64,000 bases of DNA from Paraspadella gotoi (Eukaryota > Animalia > Chaetognatha), in contig CM119269.1 in assembly GCA_051294375.1 (NCBI GenBank), positions 11,328,883 to 11,392,882 of the forward strand, in the 5' to 3' direction. The notes beneath the pieces were generated by a model that saw only the letters and a program-made list of their open reading frames with translations, had not been told where the DNA came from and ran no database searches. The position numbers and the translations under genes are program-made. Below are positions 51,404-64,000 of this stretch, piece by piece. Within the stretch, counting starts at the first letter, position 1. Each line of letters starts with the position of its first letter.

Positions 51404-52198
51404 AGAGAGAGAGAAGAAGAGAGAAGAAGAGAGAGAGAGAAGAGACAGAGAGAGAGAGAGACAGAAAGAAGAGAGAGACAAGAACTGCGAATGGAGATGA
51501 AAAGAAAAATGGAGGGAAAAGAAGGCCGTCGGCCTAGGAGGAAGAGGAGGAGGAAGAGGAGGATAAAGGAGGAGGAGAGGAAGTTTGGATGAAGAATGAT
51601 AATATGGAGAGAAGACGAGCAGGTCGAGGTTGATGAGGAGGAGGAGTGGGAGGAGGAGGAGGAGGAGGAGGAGTGAAAGGAGGGAAGGAGAAATCGTAGG
51701 CTTTGTAGTTGAGGATGGCAAAGAATAAATAGGAGAATAAGAAATCATTAAAAAAAGATTAATGAAAAAAATGAAGAGAAAAAAATGAAGAAGGAAATAA
51801 AAATAATTTCGGAAAGTGACGAAAGAAGTAGATCTAGTTTCAAAAGAAAGGAGGTTGGAAAAAAAGAAAAGGAAACGTAAACGGCGAAGTACCATGATGG
51901 AAAAAAAAATTGTCGCGGTTTGGAAAATTCAGTTAATTTCATTGTCAAATCTATTTTTTGGCCATTAAATAGGTTTTAATATGTAATATGATCTCCCTTA
52001 ATATAAATGAAAAGTAGATATGAAAAAGATAAAAAAGAAGGAAGCATTTTTATCGAGCCATGACCGGCGAAGCCGGTTCAGGCAGAGAGAGAGAGAGCCG
52101 GTACTCGTTTACTTGTTTACTCGTCGCCTTGTGACGGTGGGTGAAAAAAAAAGTGAATAAATTTTTTTTTTGTAAAAAAAAAAAGAGAGAGAGAGAGT

Positions 52199-52238
<40 letters not shown>

Positions 52239-53733
52239 AAGTTTTCCCGCCAACGATACGCAATATTAGGTCATCCCTAACCTTGGTTTTTTATCATACC
52301 GGCGATGACTCTTTCGTCAAAAGTTGATTATTTTTATGAGCGACAACGATGACGTAATTTCACGAGTAAACGCATCTAAAACACGCGGTCTATCTTAGCG
52401 CTCATGTCTCCTCGCATTGTTCTTAACTCTCTTGCTTGCCTTCTGAACGTGCCATCAAGATACTCCAGGGTTTCAATGTTATACGAAACTTCTTCATAAT
52501 TTCTCTTAAAAAAATCACTGACAAATTTCTTCATAGACTGTATAATCTTAAGGGATTTTGTTACTTTTGTATGTATATGTATAGCGGAGAAGAATAAATA
52601 GGCAGTTATAATAATATTAGGTTTCACGCAAGAGATTGGCATAAAACGTAATACAGAGCTTTTTTTAAAAGAACGCATACATAGTGCCTGTCTATTAATG
52701 CGATGGTAGCATGCCAGGTTCAGAGCTAGAGGCAGGCGGTGCCCGAGACACGCGCGTGCTCGCACCAGGGTGCTGAGCAGAGGCGGTGCACGCCACGTGT
52801 GAGAGCACGGAGAGCGTGACTAGCTCGTAGTTGTTTAGTGATTCAGAAACAGGAGCATGAAAGAATAGATAACTGATATATACCATGGGTAGACAAGACA
52901 TGGCAGAGAAGTGCACAAAGAAAGGCAAAGAGTATGTCTACGCAAATGTTGTAACAGATCTGCGAATTTGAGGCTTCCTAATCTTTTCTCACATGGCAGC
53001 AAGTCCTTGTAATGCTAAGTACTTGTAAGTATTTGATCGTAGATTTGCGGATTGGAAAATAAGTATATAAGCTGCTCATTTACATACTATGCTTCGGTTT
53101 ATATGTGACGCGTTACGCCATTTTTATTATATGATTTAATAAGAGATTTCTTTTGAGATATTTACATCTCTCAATATTATCACTACCTCTGCAATAATGT
53201 AATCTTAGAGACTTAAAACAAATTTCTATCATAAATTTTACTATTTGGATATTATAATGGATGTACTATAGTGGACACAGCTCATTGGTGATCCATATTG
53301 CATGTAAATCAATGAACGCTGTGAGAAATATCAACAGAAAGTAGACTTAAATCCAAATTGATTAATAGACAGAAAATATAATTTCAAAAGCTATAGTCAC
53401 GTTGAGAAAGCCGCATATCTAATTTCTAAGAGCTTATGTTTGATGAGTGATCTCACTTGATCAGTGTAAAACTTTTGTACATCGATAACACTTCATAGAG
53501 ATATTTTAATTTCAAGAGATACAAGTAGTAAGTTCACAAGCCAACAAGAGTACTATATTCAGAAGTGTTAGTATCAGTATCTTGGTTGAGAGAGAAGAAC
53601 ATTGGCTGACGTGACGACCGACAAGACGAGCGACGTGAGACGACGACGTCTACATCATTGAAGAAGCTATACGCACTATAAACATTATCACGGAGCCGAG
53701 ACCGGCTCATTCGCCAGTCACTAGAGGCTCGAT

Positions 53734-56700
53734 ATATATTGCTTCTTCTTTTGTGATGCGTTGTTAGCATTCATCTGTAGGTTGACTTCTCTCATTTCAC
53801 GATGATTAAGCGTCAGATCATAATTGAGCACTATCGGAATTACTGCATATTTCAACAGTGGGCCAAAAATAGATGTTGACAATCGAGAATTACACTGATA
53901 TTTTCATAATCCGTAAAGATCTCAATCACCTTTGTATTGTTTTTTCACATCATGCGACCGTCACTTGGCGCGACGAGTCAGAGCCGACTGTAAACGATGT
54001 TAACGCGTTCCTTTTCTTTTTGTTTCAACTCTCCTTCTCTCATCTTTGAAACTAGCATCTACTCTCTCTTCGTCTATCTTTCCGAATATTTTTTTCTCAA
54101 TTCACAATTTATAATCAATCATTCATTTTTTTCAGATCTACTTATTCTTTTCTTACAATTCTCTTATTCTGAGTTGTGATTCTTTGCCATCGCTCAATGA
54201 GTAACACCAAAAGAGTCAAAACGCGTATTATCTCCTTCCCTCGCCTTTCACTCCTGCCGCTCGCTCCTCGTCTCTCAGCTTCTCTTCTCAATCTCTCTCT
54301 CTCTCTCTCTATATGATTCTCTCTCGAGTACTCGTTCGTCTTCTCCCTCCATATTGATTCAGCTGATTCTTCAGTCCCAAACTTGTTCTCCTTCCTCTGA
54401 ACTATATAAATGATCTTACTCTCATTCTCTTTCCTCCTCCTCTTACCACACTAAGGACCTCCGTACTGGCCTATCATCTGTTCCATCTTCAATTTTTTTT
54501 TTCTCCTAATTCATGCATGAAATACACAAATTGCAGTTCTTGTCCACTCCTCTACGTTCGAGCAAGTCTACTCGTGCGTACTCTTCACTGTCTCTAGCAA
54601 TCATCTCATGCTCTCGTACTAAACTCTACATCTCTCTATCTCATACTCGTCATGCGCTAACTCATCGTCTCTACAATTGTCACTTATCTAGTTCTTGTCT
54701 AATAATTCTGTTCGGCACTTCTTGCCGCGGTATTCTTTACTATTTAACTTCGCACTACTTCTATAATCTTCTCTCGCTAAGAATATTAATATTATATCTC
54801 TTTCTCGTTTATCCTAACTTGTCTCATCACTCTTCGGTCTGACCCCCAGAGTTCATGAGCACTCATACTTATTTGGGGTTGCTACACAATTTACAATATA
54901 CAAAATATAAATATTAGGTAAAATGCAAGCCACCGGCGTGTAATTCGACATATGGATGAAATTGTTGAGAATTGTTGAGAGGAGCTAGAGCTATCGCTAA
55001 CAGAAATGAAAACATTATTAATATAGCTCTCTGCCTCTCATCTCGTCTCATACTCATCTCTTCTGCTTCCATCAAATCTCTCAAATCTTCGTCTTTACTC
55101 ATCTCTTCTTTTACTGCTGTATTAACTATTCTTCTTCTACTCATGCACTCGTACTAGTTATAGTTTTCCTCTTTTCCTATATAAATTAGAGATAAATTTC
55201 CCAGCGCTTTGCATAGTCATAGGGTGAGTACCTAAACTATGTCTTATAATCAGATTATATCAACATGTCTTCGTACATCAGAAAACTATCGATCCACACA
55301 AAATCATTCCATACACTCTGGGTGAAGAGACCCTCGCGACGACATCGGTATAATCTTGAAACGTATATTAATGAAGCTTCAAAGAGAAGAACAAAAATCT
55401 TCACAAAAAATAAACCGAACGAACTGACATCAGATCAGACAAGATCGACTAACATCAACATATAACCATGTATCGACGAGTATGTATGTTGGACATAAAA
55501 AGATTTGTCGTCTGAATAATTTCCTACACAAGAAAGAGCATTAAGTAACCAAAACGCTGAATATAGATTATTGGAGTAATTTTGACGAGGTATTAATCGT
55601 ACGACTTAACATCTAGTTTATACGTCGAATAATCTGTAGTGTCCATGCTTGCGATAAAAAGCTAGTTTTGTTGCTGGAGTTGAGAACAAGAGTTTAATGA
55701 CGGAAAGAGTGCTAAAAGCTATCGAGCTGCACTTGAGTGTGAGTATATTCTTCGTGTGTCTGGTGATCACTACTCTCTCTATAAAACATGGCAGCATTAC
55801 TTTGTTTATCATTTCTTTATCATATTTCTTACTCTAGCATTAATGTCTGCGCTTTTCGAATTTATCTTCGTAAATAGCTGAAACGTAAGAGCCAGATTTA
55901 CCAAATTATTATACAAGGCAGAAGAGATGAGAGAGTAGTCGTAGAGATGAGTATGAATTGTTAGTGTTGCATGAAGAAATGTACTCTGAGTAGTTCTAGA
56001 GTATGAGAGTAGAGAGAGAGAGAGAACGAGAAGAGATGTAGAGAGAGAGAGAGACGAATACTGAATAACCGAATTGAAAAAATTCGAGCAGTTTCCCTCA
56101 CCCAAAATAAAGACTCCACATCAATACTCGCTTCTCTGTCTACTGCGATCAGAGAACTTCTCTTTCGTATACTCCAAATCTTCGAGCTGATCTCATTCTA
56201 TATTGCGCAGAGCACGCGATGTGAAGTTTGATTTCTATTTATCGCGACTGCAAGTTTGGATATCGTATCGCAGAGAATTAATCAAAGAATGAGATAGCTT
56301 CAGACCGCATCACAGCTCGACAAATGCGAACAATCATATAACATCATGACTATAGAAACGACAGTCGAACAGATGACAACTCGTAACGACTCACCACCAT
56401 CAAGTCGAACCGCTTTTAGATACAGTATATCTTCTCCGACCCGTCATTCTTGCGAGCTCATCATCATTGCCGCTAGAGTACTATCTACATTCCGTGCGCC
56501 AGCCAGTAGGATTTTAGTTAATATAAGAAATTAAGGCTAAATGTATGATCAGGACAGAGCTAGGTACAAGAATGTGTGAATAATGAGGAAGATGTGAAAG
56601 TGGTCTTAATGGTGTGAGAGAGCGGAAAATACAATAGTAAAAGATTGGAAAGAAAGATATGAATAGTTGATTATACTCGGAATGAGCAGTGAACGCGCGA

Positions 56701-58467
56701 TGGAATAATTCTTGGTGATAACAATAACTTAAAAGAGAAAGCAAAGGAACTTCCTCAAGAGAGAGAATCCTCTGCATCAGTGAACCGGAAGAATGTGGCT
56801 TTAATAGACTGGGATAAAGTAATATACAAGAGACATAAACACTAAATTCAATTCTGAGGTAAATACGCCACTATGTGAGACTGCTCTCCGCTGAGCAGAA
56901 TTATGAGGATTGATGTAATGCTTGCTGCCCTCAGACCATCTTGATTCTTATATTTTCAATAACTAAAGCCTCAGCATGTGATGACATATAATAGCTCCTC
57001 ACAAGAGGCCCCACACTGAACCAGTTATATTGAGCGACTATATGAACTAAGGAGCATGAACACCAATTTCCGTGACATTCCTATATAACAACGATTCGTC
57101 CGATATAATTGACATGTGATAAAATAACACACATAGATATTATTTGAAAACTTTGGTGTATAAGTATTATCACAGTTGTACAGTTTAGACTAATTAAGGT
57201 CTCTAGGAATAATTAATTAATATACATTATGGTAATGAATTAAATAAGCCTTCGCATCTTATTCCAGTATACCATCAAAGGTAATTGTGAGATGAGTATT
57301 GAAAAAGCTTTATGAAGCACGAAAGCAGACCAATAAATGGAACATAAAAGGCACGATGAAAGTGTAAAAGTAGAAATGAAATGAAAGAAAAGAAAATTGA
57401 TTTAAAGACAATTATATGAGATGAAAATAAGCATCTGCATAAAAGAAGTACGAGAGAAATGAGGGTGGGGATTACAGAGAAAGGAGAAAAAAATATGGAA
57501 AGCGAGTAGCGCTAATGTGATAATGATGGAAAGGACCAGAGTAAAACGCATCACCATAGTCAGGATTGAAATCTTTTACAACAATAAATAAACTAGATGA
57601 GGATCTGTATGAGTAACAAGAGACCAAATCTGTGGAGATACGAATTTCTGAGGTTGAAAACCAAAAAATGTAAAGAGCCCTTTCTGTCTTGATTCCCGTT
57701 AGTGGATGTGCGGCTTTCAATTCTCCTCGACCCTCAGCTCCGATCCGTCTGTCCTCTTCCGCGCGAACTTATATAGGAGAATATAAGTCAAGGTCTTTAA
57801 TGCTTCCTAGCTCGAAGGATTTTCGAAAAGAAGGAAAGAAAGAATCTCGATCAGAGAGAAGGATATGGAAGAGAAATACATGAAGAATAAGGAACGATTA
57901 TAGAGAGTATACGTCGGTATCCGGATCGAAGTATAATTATGGACGTAGGTCGAGAAGTACGGTGAAAGAGAAGAGACGCGTAAGTAAGATTGCCTCGTCA
58001 TCAATAGCTATGCGAAGTCTCATCATTCAAAGAGGTCGAAATGCGAGTTCATCCGTCAGTTGATGACTGGTCAACTTATAATTATCATGTAAACTATCAA
58101 AGCCGAACGTTGAGTATTATGGATATAAATTTCGCTGTAAGCGTTTTCTAATGTCAAATAAATATGGTCGTAGAAACGTACGTGATTACACAAGTAGTGG
58201 AAGCTAGGAACGACGATTAGAGCTATGATCTGAACGTCTCATCACGTAAAATAAGCGTTTAGGCCAAGACGCGATGAAGAGGTATTGCACACAAAAAGTA
58301 TGGGCAGATAACGAGTAGGTATAATATATATTAATCAACGTTGCACTATTGACATATCCGCTGTCGAGGAACTTGAAAAAGATATATACAGGCTTTATGC
58401 AGTGTACTAAGAAAACATGTTGTCGTTAACTCGCTTGAAGAGAGAAATATTAAAAGATATATATGCA
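53734..58467 (-). other. Insertion-rich inverted duplicate of ~48605-52050 (probable raw long-read gap fill)
   Basis: Anchors: 54918-54958 is the reverse complement of 51190-51230; 57645-57760 of 49072-49181; 53860-53885 of 51940-51965. The copy is about 1.35x longer than the original and ends at an N gap. Confidence 0.85.
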
Positions 58468-58492
58468 NNNNNNNNNNNNNNNNNNNNNNNNN
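58468..58492. other. Assembly gap (25 N)
   Basis: Run of N. Confidence 1.
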
Positions 58493-60181
58493 GAGAGAGA
58501 GAGAGAGAGGAAAAGATGGGAAAAAATGTAAGAAAAACCTTAAAAGTCATCTTTCCAATTCTTCTTCAAGGTTTTCGGCTATTTTTGTGATATCGCGAAT
58601 TTTTCTTATTTTTAGACTCAATGACGAATCGAGACGAAGAGGGAGAAGTTTTTCGTCGTTTGCGCAGTCAGTTGGAAGACCCGCCTTTTTAGTCCTTATC
58701 TTTTCAAGACTTTCGAACGGTATTCTCGAGAAATGAAATTCTTAATATGAAGTTGATATATGCGGAAATATAATAATCTTATCAAACTTAAATGGATTTT
58801 ATTTTGTTGAAAAAAAATAAAATAAAAGAGAAATTCGAAAGTTTTATTTTCACAAAAAAAACTACAGACTCTCAGAATGTTTTAAAAACACCTGTTATCA
58901 TCATATGTTTTAAAATTCAGAAATTAAGAAACTTTACGAGAATGAAATGCAATAGAAAATTTAATTCAGACCATCTGTTCTCAATATATATTAGAACATG
59001 GAATATTGGAATATATATGAATCATATGCTCTATATATGGAATTATCAAGCTTTGTAAAAAATACGCTATCGAACGAAACATATCCAGGATTAATACATA
59101 TCATTTACACGATTATAAAATTAAAAGGTGAATCTCGAAGAAATGACTCGATGCCGCCAATAATGTTTCCACTTTGCTTGGCAAAACATTAAATCTCTCC
59201 AACGATTCGCAACAAGTTTTTTAGCCGAAGCCTTTTTTTCGTTTGCGAGAAGAGAGAGAAATTTCCTCTCTTCCCCTTTTCCTTTCCTCTTTCCTGCCTT
59301 GTATTTGATGTTGGTTTCTTTACTCCCTCTTACTCGTTCTGCCTATCTTTCCCTTTATACCTTTCCTTCCTTTTCTTTTTCCTCTTCCTTCGACCTCTTT
59401 TATCTTCTCCTTTACCTTATTACCTTTCTTTCCCATCCTTTCTTTTTATATTTTCTTCCATTTCTTCCATTCATTCTTCCCTTCCTTCCAATAACTTCCT
59501 CCTTTTTCCTCCTACTTCCGTCGACGCAGTTCTTTCTCGTCACTACTTCCGTTTTTTCTGTTCACTCCGTCCGCTGCATTCTCTAAGCATCATTTTTCTC
59601 TCCTTTCATTGACCTTGATGTCTTTTACTATAGATTGGTCAATTGTTTTTCTACAATTACAAATTCCTTGTCAACTTATTCCCCACTGACAGGTCATGTT
59701 CAAGCTTTTTTCTACCATGATGAAAAAAAATTGTCGCGGTTACTTTCCAGCAAATTTTTGGTATTTTAATGTAAGAATCGAAATGTAAAATTTTGATATA
59801 AAAACTTTGGCCTCTTGTGATTATTATGAGCTGTATTTTATTTATGTACAACAAAAAATACAAGAGTTCCATGCAAAAAAGAAAATGAGTTGTCAAAAAA
59901 AATCTTAAAAGCATAAGGATCGAGCCTGCTTTCGATGGTAACCAAATATTTGATGCATGATAACCAAATATTGATGCAATGATAACCAATAATTGATGCG
60001 ATGATAACAAAATAACTTGATGTGATGATAATCAAATGATTGATGCGATTATAATCATTCATTGATGTGATGATAATCATTCATTGATATGATGATAATC
60101 ATTCATTGATGCGATGAATAGTCATTCATTGACGCGATGAATCATTCATCGTAAATAAAACAAACAAATGCGTGTATGAAT

Positions 60182-60229
<48 letters not shown>

Positions 60230-60363
60230 GCTGGTCAGTTTTCACTCTGTTTATATAAAGAATAATCAGAATTTTAGAAAAAAATCCACGAAAATCTCGG
60301 ATGTAAATTTGGGATTTGTATTGAGAAAAAAAGCGCAGAATAAATGGCGGAACAAATAGAAAG

Positions 60364-60396
<33 letters not shown>

Positions 60397-61303
60397 CAGA
60401 AAGATAGAGAGAAGCTGACCGCCGCTGCAGAGCTGAACTCGTTATTCGACGTATCTGAGTAGGGACGAACTCTTTTCCTTTCTAATATTTTTTTTACTTA
60501 TCAAAGAAAATTTTATGTCCTCATCTTTAAAAAGTTGTAATCTTGAATGAATTTTAGATTGTTCTTTTTTTTTTTAAGAAGAAACCAGACCGAGGTCAAA
60601 TTTCATATTTGCATATTTAACTAATTTATAATATTTATCCCAACTCAAATAATTATTATTTTAAAAAAGGAAAAAAATGATTAATATATACACTAAAAAA
60701 AATTAACAAATTTAAAATTGTAAAAATTATTAGAATAACAAAAAAATAATGTTTAATTTGACTATATCTCTCTTCTCAACTCCTATTTTAGATATAATTT
60801 GCCAATAGTGGGCCGACCGGTCCAAAGTTACAGTAATAAACAAAAACAAATTTTTTTAAAAATTATATATGCAATTAAATTAATCCGCGGAATTGCCGGA
60901 CATATAGCAAGCTGATGTACATGTGACATTGCCTGCATTATAAGTTATTTTTCCTTTTTTCTAAAATGAATCCACGAAAATCTCGGATGTAAATTTGGGA
61001 TTTTGTATTGAAAAAAAAATAAATGGCGATAATAAAAGTTTTTAGAAGGAAAAAAATAATAAGAATTTTTCAAAAAACGAACGATCGTACATAGAGAGAG
61101 AGACAGAGAGAGAGACAGAGAGAGAGAAGAGAGAAAGAAGCTGAACAGAGCCGGAACTCGTTTACTCGTTTACTCGCCACCTGGTAAAAAAAAAGTGACT
61201 AAAAAATTTTTTTTTGTAAAAAAAAAAAAAAAAAAAAGAAGAGAGAGAGAGAGAGAGAGAGAGCCGGAACTCGTTTAATCGTTTACTCGTCGCGCAGTGA
61301 CGG

Positions 61304-61899
61304 TGATGTAAACATCAAAGGTGGAATTTAAACAAAGGAATCGAATCGGATTCTTATCGGAATCAAACCGGATCAGAGACTCGGATGAAATCAACCAAGA
61401 ACTCACTGATTGGATGAATCACCTCCGGAATCGACCAATGAGAAGAGGGGCTTCATGCCGCCGGGAGGAGAACCCATGTCGATGATTCGAGGGCTCTGTA
61501 TAAATACTGACGATTTCTGTATCGATACAATCTGTCTGTAAACTTCTCACACCGTTCTTTGCTTGTAAAATATTTGTCAATAAATTCCACCTTGGTTTCA
61601 TGTTGAAATCTCTGTCCACTTACTTAAATGTGGTGACAGGAGTGGATTCGACAAACCACGACTCCGAAGAAGAAAGCCTTACCACCGAAATCACGCAACT
61701 CAAGAAGATGGACTTTGCCGTGAGAAGAAAAACCTCGGCTCCGGCAGCACCTGCGGCACCGCCTGCAGCACCCGGCAGCACCTGCGGCACCGCCTGCAGC
61801 ACCCGGCAGCACCTGCGGCACGCCTGCAGCACCCGGCAGCACCTGCGGCACCGCCTGCAGCACCCGGCAGCTCCACCGAAAGCGAACGGCGGTAGCATC
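61304..61899 (+). mobile_element. 5' fragment of an LTR retrotransposon: LTR (~61304-61627), tRNA-Leu primer-binding site (61631-61651) and short downstream segment
   Basis: Starts TGATGTAA and ends in degenerate TTACTTAA. Contains ATTGG (61409), CCAAT (61435), TATAAATA (61499) and AATAAA (61579). TGGTGACAGGAGTGGATTCGA is near-complementary to a tRNA-Leu 3' end (typical Ty3/Gypsy PBS TGGTGTCAGRAGTGGGAT). The fragment interrupts a host module seen intact at 62005-62080. Confidence 0.65.
61741..61871. repeat. GC-rich 31-bp minisatellite (CCGGCAGCACCTGCGGCACCGCCTGCAGCAC) x~4; mirrored at 63321-63449
   Basis: The 31-bp period is visible from the 1-base register shift per 30 nt. Confidence 0.9.
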
Positions 61900-63290
61900 G
61901 ACTAAAAAAATTATTTTTGTACAAAAAAAAGAGATAGAAAGATAGAAAGAGAGAGAGAGAGAGAGACAGATAGAGAAGAAAGATAGAGAGAGAGAGAGAG
62001 AGCCGGTACTCGTTTACTTGTTTACTCGTCGCCTGTGACGGTGGTGAAAAAAAAGTGAATAAATTTTTTTTTTTGTAAAAAAAATAAAGAATAATCGAAA
62101 ATAAGAGAGTAGAGAGAGAGAGAGAGAGAGGAGACGAGAGAGAAAGAGAGAGAGAGAGAAAGTTTTTCCGCCAACGATACGCAATATTAGGTCACTCTCG
62201 TTTATATCGGCGTGATCTCGGTCAAGTTGATTTTTTTTATACACGTAACGTTTCCGTTGCCATCAAAACGCGTTATTAGGTCATGTTCTCGACATTGTTT
62301 ACTCGTTGCCCTGCAACGGCCACGAAATCCAGGTCTCAGTAAGATATTCTTTCATATTTTCTCAAAAAAATCCACGAAAATCTCAGATGTAAATTTAAGA
62401 TTTTGTATTGAGAAGAAGCGCGGAATAAATGGCGATAATAAAAGTTTTTAGAAAGAAAAAAATAATCAGAATTTTTTAAAAAAACGAACAATCATGCATG
62501 AGATCCTACAGAGAGAGACAGACGCACACAGAGAGAGACTGAGAGAAAACACTGAACTCGTTTTTTAACGATTCAGAAAAGGCAGCGCCTGAAAAAATAA
62601 TATATAATTTAAAAAATAAATAAAAGAAAGGCAAAAAATGTTACAATGGTTTACAATTGGAAAAATTTTCCAATTTTTCCAATCGCATCTTGTAAAAGAT
62701 TTTATTTTTTATTGTATTAAAATTAAGATATAGCTTCTCATTTAAAGTTCTTTTTGAGTTCCCATTTTTATTATAGATTTAAAAAAAATTTTTTGAATTT
62801 CATCTTCAATATTATTATACTGCAATATGTAGATTAGATTAAAGCATTTCTATATACTAATTTGGATATTATAATGAGTACTATAATCTCATTTGCATAT
62901 TGCAGTAAATCATAATGAAGTGGAAATTCAAACAAAAAATACTTAAACAAATGTAATAAGAAAATATCAAAGCTATTTCAAGTTGAGAACCATATCTAAA
63001 TTTTTAACTTATTATGATCGCACACTTTTGTAAAACTTTATCATAATTCATAATAATTATTTTAAAAAAAAAACGGTAAGTCACAGCCAAACCTATAAAA
63101 GCGTAGTAGTTTTTATATAAAAACAGCGTGACGGACGACGACAACGACGACGACGACGACGACGTTCACAAGAAGCAAACCTAAAACATTTATAGAGCCT
63201 TGACTCTATCTTTCTCTCTATCTGTCTCTCTCTCTCTCTCTCTTTCTATCTTTCTATCTCTTTTTTTTGTACAAAAATAATTTTTTAGTC

Positions 63291-63888
63291 GATGCTACCG
63301 CCTTCGCTTTCGGTGGAGCTGCCGGGTGCTGCAGGCGGTGCCGCAGGTGCTGCCGGGTGCTGCAGGCGGTGCCGCAGGTGCTGCCGGGTGCTGCAGGCGG
63401 TGCCGCAGGTGCTGCCGGGTGCTGCAGGCGGTGCCGCAGGTGCTGCCGGAGCCGTTGAGGTTTTTCTTCTCACGGCAAAGTCCATCTTCTTGAGTTGCGT
63501 GATTTCGGTGGTAAGGCTTTCTTCTTCGGAGTCGTGGTTTGTCGAATCCACTCCTGTCACCACATTTAAGTAAGTGGACAGAGATTTCAACATGAAACCA
63601 AGGTGGAATTTATTGACAAATATTTTACAAGCAAAGAACGGTGTGAGAGTTTACAGACAGATTGAATCGATACAGAAATCGTCAGTATTTATACAGAGCC
63701 CTCGAATCATCGACATGGGTTCTCCTCCCGGCGGCATGAAGCCCCTCTTCTCATTGGTCGATTCCGGAGGTGATTCATCCAATCAGTGAGTTCTTGGTTG
63801 ATTTCATCCGAGTCTCTGATCCGGTTTGATTCCGATAAGAATCCGATTCGATTCCTTTGTTTAAATTCCACCTTTGATGTTTACATCA
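63291..63888 (-). mobile_element. Inverted second copy of the LTR + PBS fragment
   Basis: Reverse complement of 61304-61899 with only a few differences; the PBS lies at 63542-63562. Confidence 0.65.
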
Positions 63889-64000
63889 CCGTCACTGCGC
63901 GACGAGTAAACGATTAAACCGAGTTCCGGCTCTCTCTCTCTCTCTCTCTCTTTCTTTTTTTTTTTTTTTACAAAAAAAAAATTTTTTAGTCACTTTTTTT

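Larger units (their letters stand above)
59895..63203 (-). mobile_element. HINE family A copy, 5' hairpin broken at 63203, carrying an LTR fragment
   Basis: Reverse complement of the family A 3' end at 59895-59928 (aaaaaaatcttaaaagcataaggATCGAGCCTG). Also gatgcgatgata repeats at 59940-60140, body modules at 60280, 60970 and 62370, (GAC)n at 63135-63165 and the half-hairpin tatagagccttga at 63191-63203. Confidence 0.7.

Noticed and set aside
52376-58467. Novel genes or an ancient diverged inverted paralogous segment
   Set aside because: The divergence is insertion-dominated (~1.35x length), disrupts even microsatellites and ends at an N gap, matching a raw long-read error profile.
61631-61651. 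tRNA gene
   Set aside because: Only ~21 nt match a tRNA 3' end, including the CCA complement, which indicates a primer-binding site rather than a gene.
61600-61924. Cys/Arg- or Ala/Pro-rich small proteins (also 63267-63593)
   Set aside because: They derive from a 31-bp (non-triplet) minisatellite that cycles through frames.
61186-64000. Foldback transposon with ~800-bp TIRs (61186-61988 / 63204-64000)
   Set aside because: The arms are internal HINE+LTR sequence and the inner junction cuts the HINE hairpin. It is better explained as a mis-resolved inversion bubble, though not fully excluded without reads.

Overview
This is eukaryotic DNA, most likely from an invertebrate animal (inferred from composition and repeat types). 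It is AT-rich and saturated with (GA/CT)n, (GAC/GTC)n and (CCG)n microsatellites, which explain most ORFs in the six-frame track. I found no prokaryotic genes, rRNA, intact tRNA or CRISPR. One real gene is visible: the 5' part of a minus-strand cadherin-superfamily gene. Five exons join with GT-AG boundaries and matching phases: ~46169-45178, 45107-42986, 37626-37294, 35754-35595 and 13050-12850; the gene continues off the left edge. The product has an unusual ~1,150-aa low-complexity, polybasic extension before the first cadherin repeat. Its 22.5-kb intron is almost entirely nested Helentron-associated (HINE/DINE-1-like) elements, and it also holds two related solo-LTR-like inserts in (CT)n. 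The right end holds an LTR + tRNA-Leu PBS fragment inside a HINE. Two blocks beside 25-N gaps (14636-27700 and 52084-58467) look like uncorrected long-read gap fill. The junctions at 52-64 kb are best explained by a heterozygous ~1.2-kb inversion breaking in a HINE terminal hairpin. All coordinates and alignments were made by eye; no database searches were run.
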